The notes beneath the pieces were generated by a model. The model made no database searches and was not told the DNA's origin. It was given only the letters and a program-made list of their open reading frames with translations. Shown here piece by piece: positions 22,901-34,900 of a stretch of 64,000 nucleotides of DNA; position 1 is the stretch's first letter; the number at the start of each line of letters is the position of its first letter. Source of the stretch: Phoronis australis (taxonomy: Eukaryota; Animalia; Phoronida); the NCBI GenBank assembly GCA_002633005.1, contig NMRA01000029.1, positions 167,707-231,706 of the forward strand. Reading direction: 5' to 3'. The translations under genes were made by a program, and so were the position numbers.

Positions 22901-25900
22901 ACACGTACCTACAGAGACCAAGTTATTCTGGGCAACACATAAAATTTTTGGTGTTTCTAAATACAAGTCCCATGTTGGAACTAATTTGCATACAACATAG
23001 GTGTCAAGGGGCACGCATAAACAGCATTAAAAAGTGGATTGCCAGTTGCGTAATTTTAAGTAACATTATTACATGGCAAAGCCCCATTTTATCAAAAGAA
23101 GTACGCCTGCTCTTCGTTATTTCAACCTACACCCATGAACTCAAACCTTTAAAGGGATAATATTGGTGAAAAACGTGGAATTTAACTTCTGATATCAGCC
23201 TCAGTGTGGACTCGCAACCCTCCCAGTTGCAGTTTAATGCTCTGGTGGCAGTAAATGGTACTAAAGTGTATTTGACGGGCAAAGTCAGCGGCCTTGACTA
23301 CAGCAAATGTGTGGCAAAATTACAAATTTGAAATGAAGTTAAAAAACAGATGATTTTGTTGTTCTGTACAGCTATGGTCAAAGCTAAAAACTTCAAGAAG
23401 CCTGTACCTGCCCCATCCAAAAATCCCACAACTATGTCCTTCGGTCAAAAAGCGATGTACCTTTTAAGTTTTGTGCACATGAAGACAGCACTTACATTGT
23501 CTCCAGCGAAAAATGGCTTGTCACCCAAGAAGTCTGAGAAACCCTGAAGTTTTGGCTTGAGTGCCTCCAGGTAGCTGTCTTTCTCCTCATTCTGCAACAC
23601 AAAGTCACTTTTACACAATCAAAGTAATTCCTAGAAATAGGCAGTATTGGCCATCCCAAATTCAAGAATCACCCGAAAGACGGCAAAATTACCTGGCACT
23701 CTGTAGATTGAAAACACATTGTCCGAAATTTGAGAAATAAGGCGAACGCACAAATCGCCCTTGTCCCAAATTTCAGAATCAAGAACATTCAATTTTTGTG
23801 AAAGTTTTCAATTGTCCCGGATTCTAGGAACTGCCCAAATTGGAGAATTTTTACTGTTATCTGTAACAAAATAAAGGCGATGACGTGTTTTTAATTCCTC
23901 ACCAACAAACGGACAGAAATACATGAAAAGTAGCCAGTTTGAGACATGCACATATACAAAGGATATCCATCTGCAGATAAAGGCCAGCACAGGCAGTCAG
24001 AGCTATGAGCAGCTGACTGCCTCAAAGTGTATAATTCCTTATCTTTGTGATTGCGTGGCCAAATTAGTTAGAAACACAACATATAGCGATATCCGTCTGC
24101 AGATAAAGGCCAGCACAGGCGGTCAGAGCTATGAGCAGCTGACTTCCTCAAAGTGTATAATTCCTTATCTCTGTCATTACTTGGCCAAATTAGTTAGAAA
24201 CACAACATATAGCGATGATGTGAATACGAAGTAAGTTGAAAATTGTCAATTTTTTTATGAACAAGGTGTGTGGCGAAAATGCAAATCACTGAACTGTGTC
24301 CAGTAAGTACTGTGACGTGGTGCTGGGGAATAACACTGCATGATGCGAGCCATGTGAGCCCGCAAGGTACCTCATTAGTGCAAAGGTTATTATTATCTTC
24401 ATTCAAATATATACATATGGCCATAGGCCCAAAGCATAACATATACAAGACAGTACATTGTCAGGTGCGTTACAAACTGGATAATAAATTGTGACTCTTG
24501 AGAGCATGATGGACGAATTTTAGAAGCGAGGTATGTGGAGTTCTCATGAGAGATTCAAGTTTAGATGTTGAGGGGAAATTACAAAAACGATCGCTTATTA
24601 AGTCCTTAATCCGAAGGTCTTGGTATGCACTGCAAATTAACACAACGTGATGTTCGTCCTCTACATGTTTCGTATTACATAACCTACACAACCTATTGTC
24701 ATAGGGAATATTTGTGCGGCGACCTCTTTCCACTAGTAAGGAATGGTTTGAGCATCGCAATCGAGTCAGAGACTGGAGACAAACATGTGGGATACTAACT
24801 ATTTCCAAAAACCATAATATTCAAGATCTTTCTGTACAAATAATAGAAAAACTCCAACACCCCAGTACCCCTCACAGACTCAAAAGAGAACAATATTGGA
24901 TAGACAAGCACAATACAATAGAACCTCATGGATTGAACATAAAAACTTCTTAAAATATGTCATTGAATTTTTTACGCAAAAATTTATCATATTCATTACA
25001 TCATATCTTAAATGTCAATTGTCATATAGTGTTTGATTTTACTTTATTTCTGTTTCTGTTGACAAAGGATGTTATTACATCCGAAAATTTCAGTTGATCC
25101 ATTCTTGTTGTTTTGTTTACCTATTTATATTCAACTATTTCTAAATAATTCAAGGGCATCCATACGCATCTGTAGATTTTTTTTTGTTTTCACATTTACA
25201 AGTTGTCAATGAATACAGCTGCTCTTTGTTTAGCGCAGATTATGTTAAAATAACATTGTCGTTTAGTTCCTTCTATACATTAGCATAGTTAGGAGCATGC
25301 AAATAAATCTTTAATAGGTGAAAGTTACCTCATGTCATTAGTACCCGCACACAGCATGGTAAAATGCTCTCAGTAAACAACGATAATATAGTTCCCGCGA
25401 ATACAATGAGTGAAAGAGAATGCTGTGTTGTTGTCATGGGATCTCACACAACAACTGCTAGCCACGAAAGTTAAGACACAACCATCACAAGAAAGAACTA
25501 TCTCTTATTTCACTTACATATGTTTTGTAGCACAGATTCACAAAGCCGTTGCGCAGGTCCATACCTATCAGTAACATCATGTCGTTACGTACACGTTCCG
25601 TCTCCGTTTGACCCACTGGAAAAAATTTTAAGAAAGTTACACGTGACCAAGCTGTAATTAAAAGGACATGAAACCAGTTTTTTTTTCACCGAAAAATGGT
25701 TCTGTCACCTGTAGCTAATTGTACAATAATATTTGCTTACGTGGATCCCACATTTTGAGAACCAGTTTTCTCTACTGAATAACAGGCACCATATTGGTTC
25801 TCAAAATCTGTAACCAATAGCGACCACGCTGAATGTCAGAATGGTGATTGCCCAACAGCTATCCACTGCTGGTGTACAACTCACTAAATTCCCATCTAAA

Positions 25901-28900
25901 TTAGTATGGCCGATTAGTCATTCTGCCTGTTGCCATTGTCATAAACACGAAGTCGTAAGCAAAATCTTGAACCCTAATATGAAGTTAGCAGCATGTGTTG
26001 TATTGGTTATTTTTTCGACTGTTCAATCAATATTTTCATGAATTAGTTTTAGCCAACTAATGTGGTGTTAATTTCAACATAACATTTTGGTCAAAGCTAA
26101 TTGGCAAAAAACACCAGAAAAATGATGACTGGCTTCGTATCCAAAGAAATGTTGTGGCTTAATACTCCAATATAAAGCCATAATTATAGTGAAATGTTCC
26201 TTCAGATTTCTTTAAAATTATTAAATATTACTTTTTGCCCAAAACACTTTGGCAACTGATGATTTTTACTTACAAAGGTTGAACTTCCTTCCAAGGTACA
26301 GGAAAATGGCGTTTGTTTCGGTGATTTTAATGTCCCCATCCATGAGATATGGTAACTGAAAGGAAAACAAAACGCTATTCGATTTTATCTGAAAAACATT
26401 TCTAGCTTAGTGTTGAGTATCAGATGACAGTATGTGACTGTTTCAATTCATTAAAACGACATTACTGCCTTTTTGGCATTACAGCGGCAAAAAACCTATC
26501 ATAGAAGAAGCAAAATTTTGATCAAGACCATTTCCTGATATAAAATTAGTCTCAACTTTTTCCCTATTCAGATGAAAAAATTGACATAGTGACAAGCCAA
26601 CTCACAGTGTCTGGTCTTAAACAAAAACAAACTGTCAATTCTTTCGAAGCAGCTTGGGAAAAACTCAGAATTTACCTCGTATATTGAGGAAAAAATTGTG
26701 AATGGATTTTTCATGATAAGTGTCTAAATCAAAAGTAATTTTGTTGACAGAAAACCGATGAATAGTACTAATTTTAAAGGTTGTGAGTAACTGCAAAAAG
26801 GTTGAAATTTAGCAAACTTTAGAACATGGCTGAGTAGATTTATATGAAAAAATTAGAGGTTTGATTCATGCTCAGTCCTCCAAAACACTATTAGAAAATG
26901 TGCTCTCTTTTGCGTAATGTCCAAATGAAAACTGGGACTTTCAGCATTAAGATGGTTTGCAGCAGTGAAAAAATAATTCAGATGACTGACAGTATTTTTG
27001 ATATTTTATCTTAAATATTCATCAAAACAAATCTGGCCATGTTCTTTGTGCCCATTCTTTGCCATGAATGTTCCTTTGTTTTAGATAAAATTTCTTAAGT
27101 CATATTACCTAATCACAGTAAAGTTCACATAAGACAAATCAAAGTGAAGTAAAAATTTTACATGAGTATGGCAAAATACAACTTACCCGAAGGGTGGGAG
27201 TGCACGGACTTTGTCAGAGAATATCAAAAATCCGACTCAAAATGTGACGTATGAGAATTTTACTGCAGGTATAAAATCAGGAATTTGATTGTGATGGGCG
27301 ACACAGTTTTAATGAACTAACCTGGCATGAGTTCAGTGATCACAGGACATCAAAGATATTTTTTTTTTGGCCAATGATGTGGGTCATGATCCTAAAACCA
27401 TCCTTTGGTACAACCAACACGTCCTTTCTAAATTAAGCACTCAACAAAACTTACATTTGGGTACGGCAAGCCAAGAGATGACTTCACGTTAAACCATTCA
27501 CTACGGTCCCAAACCTTCTTTGAATCTGAAAAATGAAAAAGGATCTCCTTTCACACCTAGAAATGTCACACTAATGGTAAAACTCCCACTTACCACAGAA
27601 TGACGAAACTAATGGATTCAAGTCTGAGGTGATACGGTATTAGTACATCAAAAAATATTTTCATCTAAGGACACAATATGGCAGACAAGTGATACATTTT
27701 AACTTGTGAAATATCTCAAGTGAAATCAATTTTAGAGCCCCAAGCAGCATGTTCTACGATCATTGAAAACCATTGTTTTAGTTTACATTTTGGGAGTAAC
27801 CTTTTGCTTCGTATTTTTAATGGGCGAGTTGGCAAATCATTACCCGTAACAAAACTGCGGACAGTATGGGGTTCAATGATCGATAGTTTCAAAAGCAATA
27901 CTTATCACCCCTAACGTGATTTATTACAATCCAATTTGAAGTGCGCAACCTAATTAGAGCAATGGTAGCAATGCAGTGAGGCTTTGAAATGAAAAAATGG
28001 CGATGAGAGAGAGCAGAGCTGAGCAAGGTTTTGGAACAATCACTCAACTCTGAAACTAGCGACATCTACAGTAAAAATCCTCTAGCTTGGTGAAGTCTTT
28101 AAAATTTGGGACATGGAAATTTAAGCAAAAATTGAATTTTATGGATTCTGAAGATGACACAGTCGATTCTGGCATTCATCATTTCCCAAAGTTTGGTTTT
28201 CATCTAGGGGAATGATAGTTTTTCATGGACCATAGTTCTTGAATCTGGGACAGCCAATATTACCCATCTCTGTAATTTGGTAGCTAAATAATTTTTTTTC
28301 ACTGCTAAAATTGGAGAATTTTACACTACCATTAAACACTTTTATCCGATCACGTACAGTAAATTTCAAGCTCCCAGAGAAAATGTGGAACCCAATACTG
28401 TAATTTTGTGTTTGTCCTTACGGCATTTGAGGGTACCACCCTATTTGGCATTGTGGACTACCGAGTCTGAATTTGTTTCGCATACCTTGACCGTAATTCA
28501 AGAAAATACATAAATCGCCAATAATCCCTCGTTCCGTCAGAGAAAATAAATTTCGGTTAAAACTGGTCCTTCATTGCTATAAAAAAGGTCTCCACATGTT
28601 AATTACATGTACTCAAATGAGAAGTCTTTGTCTTCCAAAGAACTGAAAGTTCATTAATACTCAAGACCATATTCAGCAAATATGACATGTGGTGACACGT
28701 CAGTAAATAGAGCCTGGTCTTGACCACTCTCCAAGTGACAATTCTTGCCAAATTCACATTCTACAGGTCGCTTCCTAGCAGGTGTTACAGGTAAACTAAA
28801 CTGAAGAATGATTCGGTTATGCACCAGGTGGAAGCACTATATTGAGCAACCTGAGGGGAAATTTTGTTTATGGTGATCAGTGAAAAAATTCTAGCAATAA

Positions 28901-31900
28901 TATTTGCCGCAAATTGAAGAAAGTTTGAGCTGATTATTAAGGTGTGACAGAACTTCTTCACCAGGTATCCACTAACACCTTGGCAAAGGCACAAGAGACT
29001 GTTATCTACAAGTACACATCAGGCAATGTTTACTAATATGATAATCTGGCATATTCACCAGCAACTACAGCCATTGATATGATAACTGATAAGGGCAAAG
29101 TCTGTGAGGGGGTTGTCCTTAATTTTGAGGTGCCCATGCTCTTATTTGTGTTTACATATAACTACAACTTAAGGCCTTTTGACATTAACTTAACTGCAGT
29201 CTGAGTGGAGCGTCGATGTTAAATGCGAAGTTAATTGAATCGTTCACACCAACTTCAGTAGTTAACAGCATCAAAGTAATTGGTAGGTGACACTGTCCTC
29301 GTCGAAGTAATCGGAAGGTAGCACTAATGCATTCTGTTCGTGCTAAGGTTTTTTAATGTGACCATTCGAAAACATTTACGAGTGCTAATTGATATAAAAC
29401 TTATATCTAATTTGATTGGACATAATTCAAGCAAAATTAATCTAAGCAACAATTGGCAACGGCACAGCCCTTTAATTGTTGATGATAGCAGTCGGGTCCC
29501 TGGTAATAACTTCGATGAGACTGGAGTTGACCGTTCATATCTCACCACAGCGTCAATGCTAAATCCACTTGTTTACTGCAAAGCTAACGGGCGCCATTAA
29601 CTTTGATCCAGGACCAAAGTTAACCGTTTATATAGACCCCAACTAGCCAAAATGTCGACTCGTCGACGTTAGTGCAAAACAGCAAAAAGCAGCAAATTAG
29701 GCAATAGCCATTTAGGGAAGGGTGTGGGGTTGAGAACTAGTTTGATGCCTGTTATTCAGTGGAGAAAACTGAAGGACCCCTGTAGTGACCAACTGGAAAA
29801 TCATGGAGCCTGACTGCCTTTACGGGTTGCACTAGGTAATTGCAAAACAACATTTTCGAAATTTGCGCATATTGGGCAAAATTGAAGAAGAAGTTATCAT
29901 AAATGACTTTAATTTCTAGGCTACATTATGAATGTGGATTTTTATAAAATTAACCACCTTTTATGAACAGTTGCAACCAAGTTCTGAGCTTATCACCTCT
30001 GTTTATTATCACAACCACATTGTACAAATGAAGATAAGAAAAAGTAAAACTTCTCATAAATGTAATAAAATGAAATTCCACTTGTGTCCCAAACTGGAGA
30101 ACATTAACCACACCCTTATCTGCAGTTGGCTTATGGCTGAAGATAATTTTATGAACAGAGGGCAAATAAGGTTGTGTAAATAAGCCACTGTGAATCAGTA
30201 GTGGTCTAGGAATGCAATATATCTTCCATTAATCAGCAATGCATGACAGGTCGCAGATATACTTGAATCTATCTTGAAATAGGTAGAAATAGGAAGTGGA
30301 AACTAAATATTGGCTTGCACCTCAGCTCGTTTACAGGTAACTGCAATACTTGACCTGTTTGAAAGAAGCGCAACCTGTTTGGAAACGGAAAAGGCCCCCT
30401 ATTACTTACGATGTCTTCACGGCTTTTAATTACAACTGAAACTGGACAAAGGCTAGTGTTACTAAGTAACAAGGCAGGAAAATGTGCAGTTTATAAAGAT
30501 ACTGTAATTAGAATTACTGCTCTAATTGACAACATGTCACCATGCATTTCTGACACGTTTGCTGACAATGACGTGCTTTCCACGCATTTGGGTTTTTCTA
30601 TAGTGAAGAACACTGTAAAGCACTTCAACTGAAAGTTTGTTTTTTCAAAAGTCGCAGGTTTACTTAAACACAGGACAGGACCCTTAAGCCCTCGCTTTAA
30701 GGCCGAATGTTGGCTCAATTCCTCTCTCAAAAATANNNNNNNNNNNNNNNNNNNNNNNNNNNNNNNNNNNNNNNNNNNNNNNNNNNNNNNNNNNNNNNNN
30801 NNNNNNNNNNNNNNNNNNNNNNNNNNNNNNNNNNNNNNNNNNNNNNNNNNNNNNNNNNNNNNNNNNNNNNNNNNNNNNNNNNNNNNNNNNNNNNNNNNNN
30901 NNNNNNNNNNNNNNNNNNNNNNNNNNNNNNNNNNNNNNNNNNNNNNNNNNNNNNNNNNNNNNNNNNNNNNNNNNNNNNNNNNNNNNNNNNNNNNNNNNNN
31001 NNNNNNNNNNNNNNNNNNNNNNNNNNNNNNNNNNNNNNNNNNNNNNNNNNNNNNNNNNNNNNNNNNNNNNNNNNNNNNNNNNNNNNNNNNNNNNNNNNNN
31101 NNNNNNNNNNNNNNNNNNNNNNNNNNNNNNNNNNNNNNNNNNNNNNNNNNNNNNNNNNNNNNNNNNNNNNNNNNNNNNNNNNNNNNNNNNNNNNNNNNNN
31201 NNNNNNNNNNNNNNNNNNNNNNNNNNNNNNNNNNNNNNNNNNNNNNNNNNNNNNNNNNNNNNNNNNNNNNNNNNNNNNNNNNNNNNNNNNNNNNNNNNNN
31301 NNNNNNNNNNNNNNNNNNNNNNNNNNNNNNNNNNNNNNNNNNNNNNNNNNNNNNNNNNNNNNNNNNNNNNNNNNAGGGCAAGCAGACAGCACATACAATT
31401 CGTCGGGGAAGGTGAGATACGGAAGAAGTCACGTCAGCAGCCTTGCATCCTGGATGGAGTAAGCTGGGAAATGAGAGTAGATCTGGGAAGAAAGCTTGTG
31501 GTCCCGAGTATTGTGGAAACATCACTTCGGCCTGACATCATTCTGTGGTCGGACATTCATCAATTTATAGTGATTATAGAGCTTACGGTGCCTTGGGAGG
31601 AAGGATGCGAAGAGGCCCATGAGAGGAAATTATCTAAGTATAACGAGCTGGCGGAGACATGTAGAGCTCGGGGCTGGCGAACTTGGTTGTTTCCTGTAGA
31701 GGTGGGATGTAGAGGATTCCCTGCAAGATCTGTATGGTGGTTGCTGGAGAAGCTTGGTGTGCGAGGAAGGAAGAAAGCTGCAGTGAGAAGACTGGGCGAA
31801 ACAGCTGAGAGGACATCTTGTTGGCTGTGGTACCGTCGGAATGAAGGAAGTTGGAGGCCTCAGTGATGCACAGTGGGTTGGCCGCCACTGTGGACCCACC

Positions 31901-34900
31901 AGTGGAGACCGTTATGGTTTAGGGTCGAAACGAGTCGAGGAAGCTGGATGCCATCTGATGACATCAAGCTACGCCTCCAACTAGTTAGTGTACGGCGGGT
32001 AGAAGAGAATCCTGGTTTAGCTGTTAAGAAGAAGGGGCGACAAGACGTCAGACTACATAGAAGCCTGACAACTATTGAGGCAGATAACATCACTGTAAGT
32101 ACACACATCGACATGCCATGAATGTTCCTTTGTTTTAGATAAAATTTCTTAAGTCATATTACCTGATCACAGTAAAGTTCACATAAGACAAATCAAAGTG
32201 GAGTAAAAATTTTACATGAGTATGGCGAAACACAACTTACCCGAAGGGCGGAAGTGCACGGACTTTGTCAGAGAATATCAAAAATCCGACTCAAAATGTG
32301 ACGTATGAGAATTTTACTGCAGGTATAAAACCAGGAATTTGATTGTGATGGGCGACACAGTTTTAATGAACCAACTTGGCATGAGTTTAGTGATCACAGG
32401 ACATCCAAGAAATTTTTTTTTTTTGGCCAATGATGTGGGTCATGATCCTAAAAACATCCTTCGGTACAACCAACACGTCTTTTCTAAATTAAGCACTCAA
32501 CAAAACTTACATTTGGGTACGGCAAGCCAAGAGATGACTTCACGTTAAACCATTCACTGCGGTCCCAAACCTTCTTTGAAACTGAAAAATGAAAAAGGAT
32601 CTCCTTTCACACCTAGAAATGTCACACTAACGGTAAAACTCACACTTACCACAGAATGACGAAACTACTGGATTCAAGTCTGAGGTGATACGGTATTAGT
32701 ACATCAAAAAATATTTTCATCTAAGGACACAATATGGGAGGCACGTGATAATTTTAACTTGTGAAATATCTCAAGCGAAATCAATTTTAGAGCCCCAAGC
32801 AGCATATTCTACGATCATTGAAAACCATTGTTTTGGTTTACACTTTGTGAGTAACCTTTTGCTTCGTATTTTTAATGGGTGAGATAGCAAATCATTACCC
32901 GTAACAAAACTGCGGACAGTATGGGGTTCAATGATCGATAGTTTCAAAAGCAACACTTATCACCCCTAACGTGATTTATTACAATCCAGTTTGAAGTGCG
33001 CAACCTAATTAGAGCAATGGTAGCAATGCAATGAGGCTTTGAAATGGAAAAGTGGTGATGAGAGAGAGCAGAGCTGAGCAAGGCTTTGGAACAATCACTT
33101 AACTCTGAAACTAGTGACATCTACAGTAAAAATCCTCCAGCTTGGTGAAGTCTTTAAAATTTGGGACATGGAAATTCAAGCAAAAATTGAACTTTATGGA
33201 TTCTGAAGATGATACAGACGATTTTGGCATTCATCATTTCTCAAATTTTGGTTTTCATCTAGGGGAATGATTGTTTTTCATGGACCGTAGTTCTTAAATC
33301 TGGGACAGCCAATATTACCCATCTCTGTAATTTGGTAGCTAAATAATTTTTTTTCACAGCCAAAATTGGAGAATTTTACAGTACCATTGAAAACTTTTAT
33401 CCGATAATGTACAGTGAATTTCAAGCTCCCAGAGAAAATGTGGAACCCAATAATGTAATTTTGTGTTTGTCCTTATGGCATTTGAAGGTACCACTCTATT
33501 TGGCATTGTAAACTACCGAGTCTGAATTTGTTTCGCATACCTTGACCGTAATTCAAGAAAATACATAAATCGCCAATAATCCCTCGTTCCGTTAGAGAAA
33601 ATAAATTTCGGTTAAAACTGGTCCTTCATTGCTATAAAAAGGTCTCCACATGTTAATTACATGTACTCAAATGAAAAGTCTTTGTCTTCCGAAGAACTGA
33701 AAGTTCATTAATACTCAAGACCATATTCAGCAAATATGACATGTGGTGACACGTCAGTAAATAGAGCCTGGTCTTGCCCACTCTTCAAGTGGCAATTCTT
33801 GCCAAATTCACATTCTACAGGTCGCTTCCTAGCAGGTGTTACAGGTAAACTAAACTGAAAAATGATTCGGTTATGCACCAGGTGGAAGCACTATACTGAG
33901 CAACCTGAGGGGAAATTTTGTTTATGGTGATCAGTGAAAAAATTCTAGCAATAATATTTGCCGCAAACTGAAGAAAGTTTGAGCTGATTATTAAGGTGTG
34001 ACAAAACTTCCTCACCAGGTATCCACTAACACCTTGGCAAAGGCACAAGAGACTGTTATCTACAAGTACACATTAGGCAATGTTTACTGATGATAATCTG
34101 ACATATTTACCAGCAACTACAGCCATTGATATGATAACTGATAAGGGCAAAGTCTGTGAGGGGGTTGTCCTTAATTTTGAGGTGCCCATGCTCTTATTTG
34201 TGTTTACATGTAACTACAACTTAAGGCCTTTTGACATTAACTTAACTGCAGTCTGAGTGGAGCGTCGATGTTAACTGCGAAGTTAATTGAATCGTTCACA
34301 CCAACTTCAGTAGTTAACAGCATCAAAGTAATTGGTAGGTGACACTGTCCTCGTCGAAGTAATCGGAAGGTAGCACTAATGCATTCTGTTCGTGCTAAGG
34401 TTTTTTAATGTGACCATTCGAAAACATTTACGAGTGCTAATTGATATAAAACTTATATCTAATTTGATTGGACATAATTCAAGCAAAATTAATCTAAGCA
34501 ACCATTGGCAACGGCACAGCCCTTTAATTGTTGATGATAGCAGTCGGGTCCCTGGTAATAACTTCGATGAGACTGGAGTTGACCGTTCATATCTCACCAC
34601 AGCGTCAATGCTAAATCCACTTGTTTACTGCAAAGCTAACGGGCGCCATTAACTTTGATCCAGGACCAAAGTTAACCGTTTATATAGACCCCAACTAGCC
34701 AAAATGTCGACTCGTCGACGTTAGTGCAAAACAGCAAAAAGCAGCAAATTAGGCAATAGCCATTTAGGGAAGGGTGTGGGGTTGAGAACTAGTTTGATGC
34801 CTGTTATTCAGTGGAGAAAACTGAAGGACCCCTGTAGTGACCAACTGGAAAATCATGGAGCCTGACTGCCTTTACGGGTTGCACTAGGTAATTGCAAAAC

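Noticed and set aside
30491-31525. Long ORFs spanning the second gap
   Set aside because: Artefacts of Ns; only the Hero frame from 31375 is real.
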